DNA of 63,613 bases, the filler included, from Octopus bimaculoides (taxonomy: Eukaryota), in the NCBI RefSeq assembly GCF_001194135.2. It is 8 parts of 8 records of this genome, joined end to end, with 100 filler letters (N's around TTAATTAATTAA, not from the genome) between each part and the next. Parts side by side here need not be neighbours in the genome. Positions count along the whole stretch, not along the records: positions 62,362 to 63,613 come from NW_026391189.1; 7 more parts are not named here. One strand, given 5' to 3'. A program made the position numbers and the translations under genes. Shown in pieces: positions 62,973-63,613 of the stretch. The number at the start of each line of letters is the position of its first letter. Position 1 is the first letter of the stretch. The notes under the pieces were generated by a model. That model was not told the DNA's origin. It saw only the letters and a list, made by a program, of their open reading frames with translations, and did not search any database.

Positions 62973-63613
62973 CTGTTTTTATAGCTTCCGCCACCAGTAT
63001 ATTTTTCGGTTATTTTTTCGTTTTAGAATTTTTAGTCGAATGTATAGACCCCAAAATATATTTTACTCCATGCTGGGGCACTACCTTGAATTTTTAGTTG
63101 GCTATATGGAACCAAGAATTATTTTAAAGCTTGATCAAAACCATTTCTGTAATGATAGATAGTAGACGTGTGTATATGTGTGTATGTGCTGTGTGCGCGC
63201 GTACATGTATGTATGGTATGGGTGTATGCATGTATGTACCCCTCTCATTTAAGTTCAGTGCTGCTCGTTCTGCACCTCACGCCTTCCTTATACAACAGCT
63301 TAAACAGCCGAACGATTGTCAACAGTTTTATAAGCTACTAAGCTTAAAAGCCACACTCCGTGGGCTAACTGGGCCTGCAGCTCAAAACTAATGAGAGCTA
63401 AATAGCATGACTATAATATATCTATAATGATTATATGCCCCGGTTGTGTTTGATCAGAGGTTAAGGGCGGATGAGAATTAATTCTGTAATGCAATTATTC
63501 TATTGTTCCAGTCCAAAGCTGGGATCTATTTTAAAACGGGTGCCACATTTTTCATTAATGTTTTACGTATCTATTTTGTGTTATAGAACAGAAAAATATT
63601 TTTGTATTCGAAT

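Overview
AT-rich, microsatellite-dense animal DNA from a gapped draft scaffold. It is most likely a coleoid cephalopod (Octopus-like), inferred from the SINE repertoire and composition, not from a database hit. There is no rRNA, CRISPR or intact tRNA, and almost all ORFs in the supplied track are microsatellite or N-gap artefacts. Most of the window is repeat: at least four tRNA-derived or RTE-tailed SINE families (labelled A-D here) plus fossils of Penelope-like elements (PLE), R4/Dong, RTE, CR1/L2-type LINEs, a Tc1/mariner, a rearranged Ty3/Gypsy and a hAT-type MITE. Manual splice-site reading suggests two multi-exon genes that the ORF track misses. (1) A minus-strand gene, with exons at about 42.0, 35.5, 31.9, 24.6 and 21.0 kb, whose product has a galectin-like hydrophobic pattern but lacks the canonical sugar-binding residues. 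(2) A plus-strand 5-exon gene (35.6-41.1 kb) encoding a ~251-aa Cys-rich, possibly secreted orphan protein, which fits entirely inside one predicted intron of the first gene and carries a duplicated terminal exon. Also notable are degenerate hammerhead-ribozyme motifs upstream of two PLE fragments, a Dong element sitting in (TAA)n, a perfect DR1 nuclear-receptor site and an inverted telomeric-repeat junction. Gene models are manual predictions without expression data; repeat boundaries are approximate.
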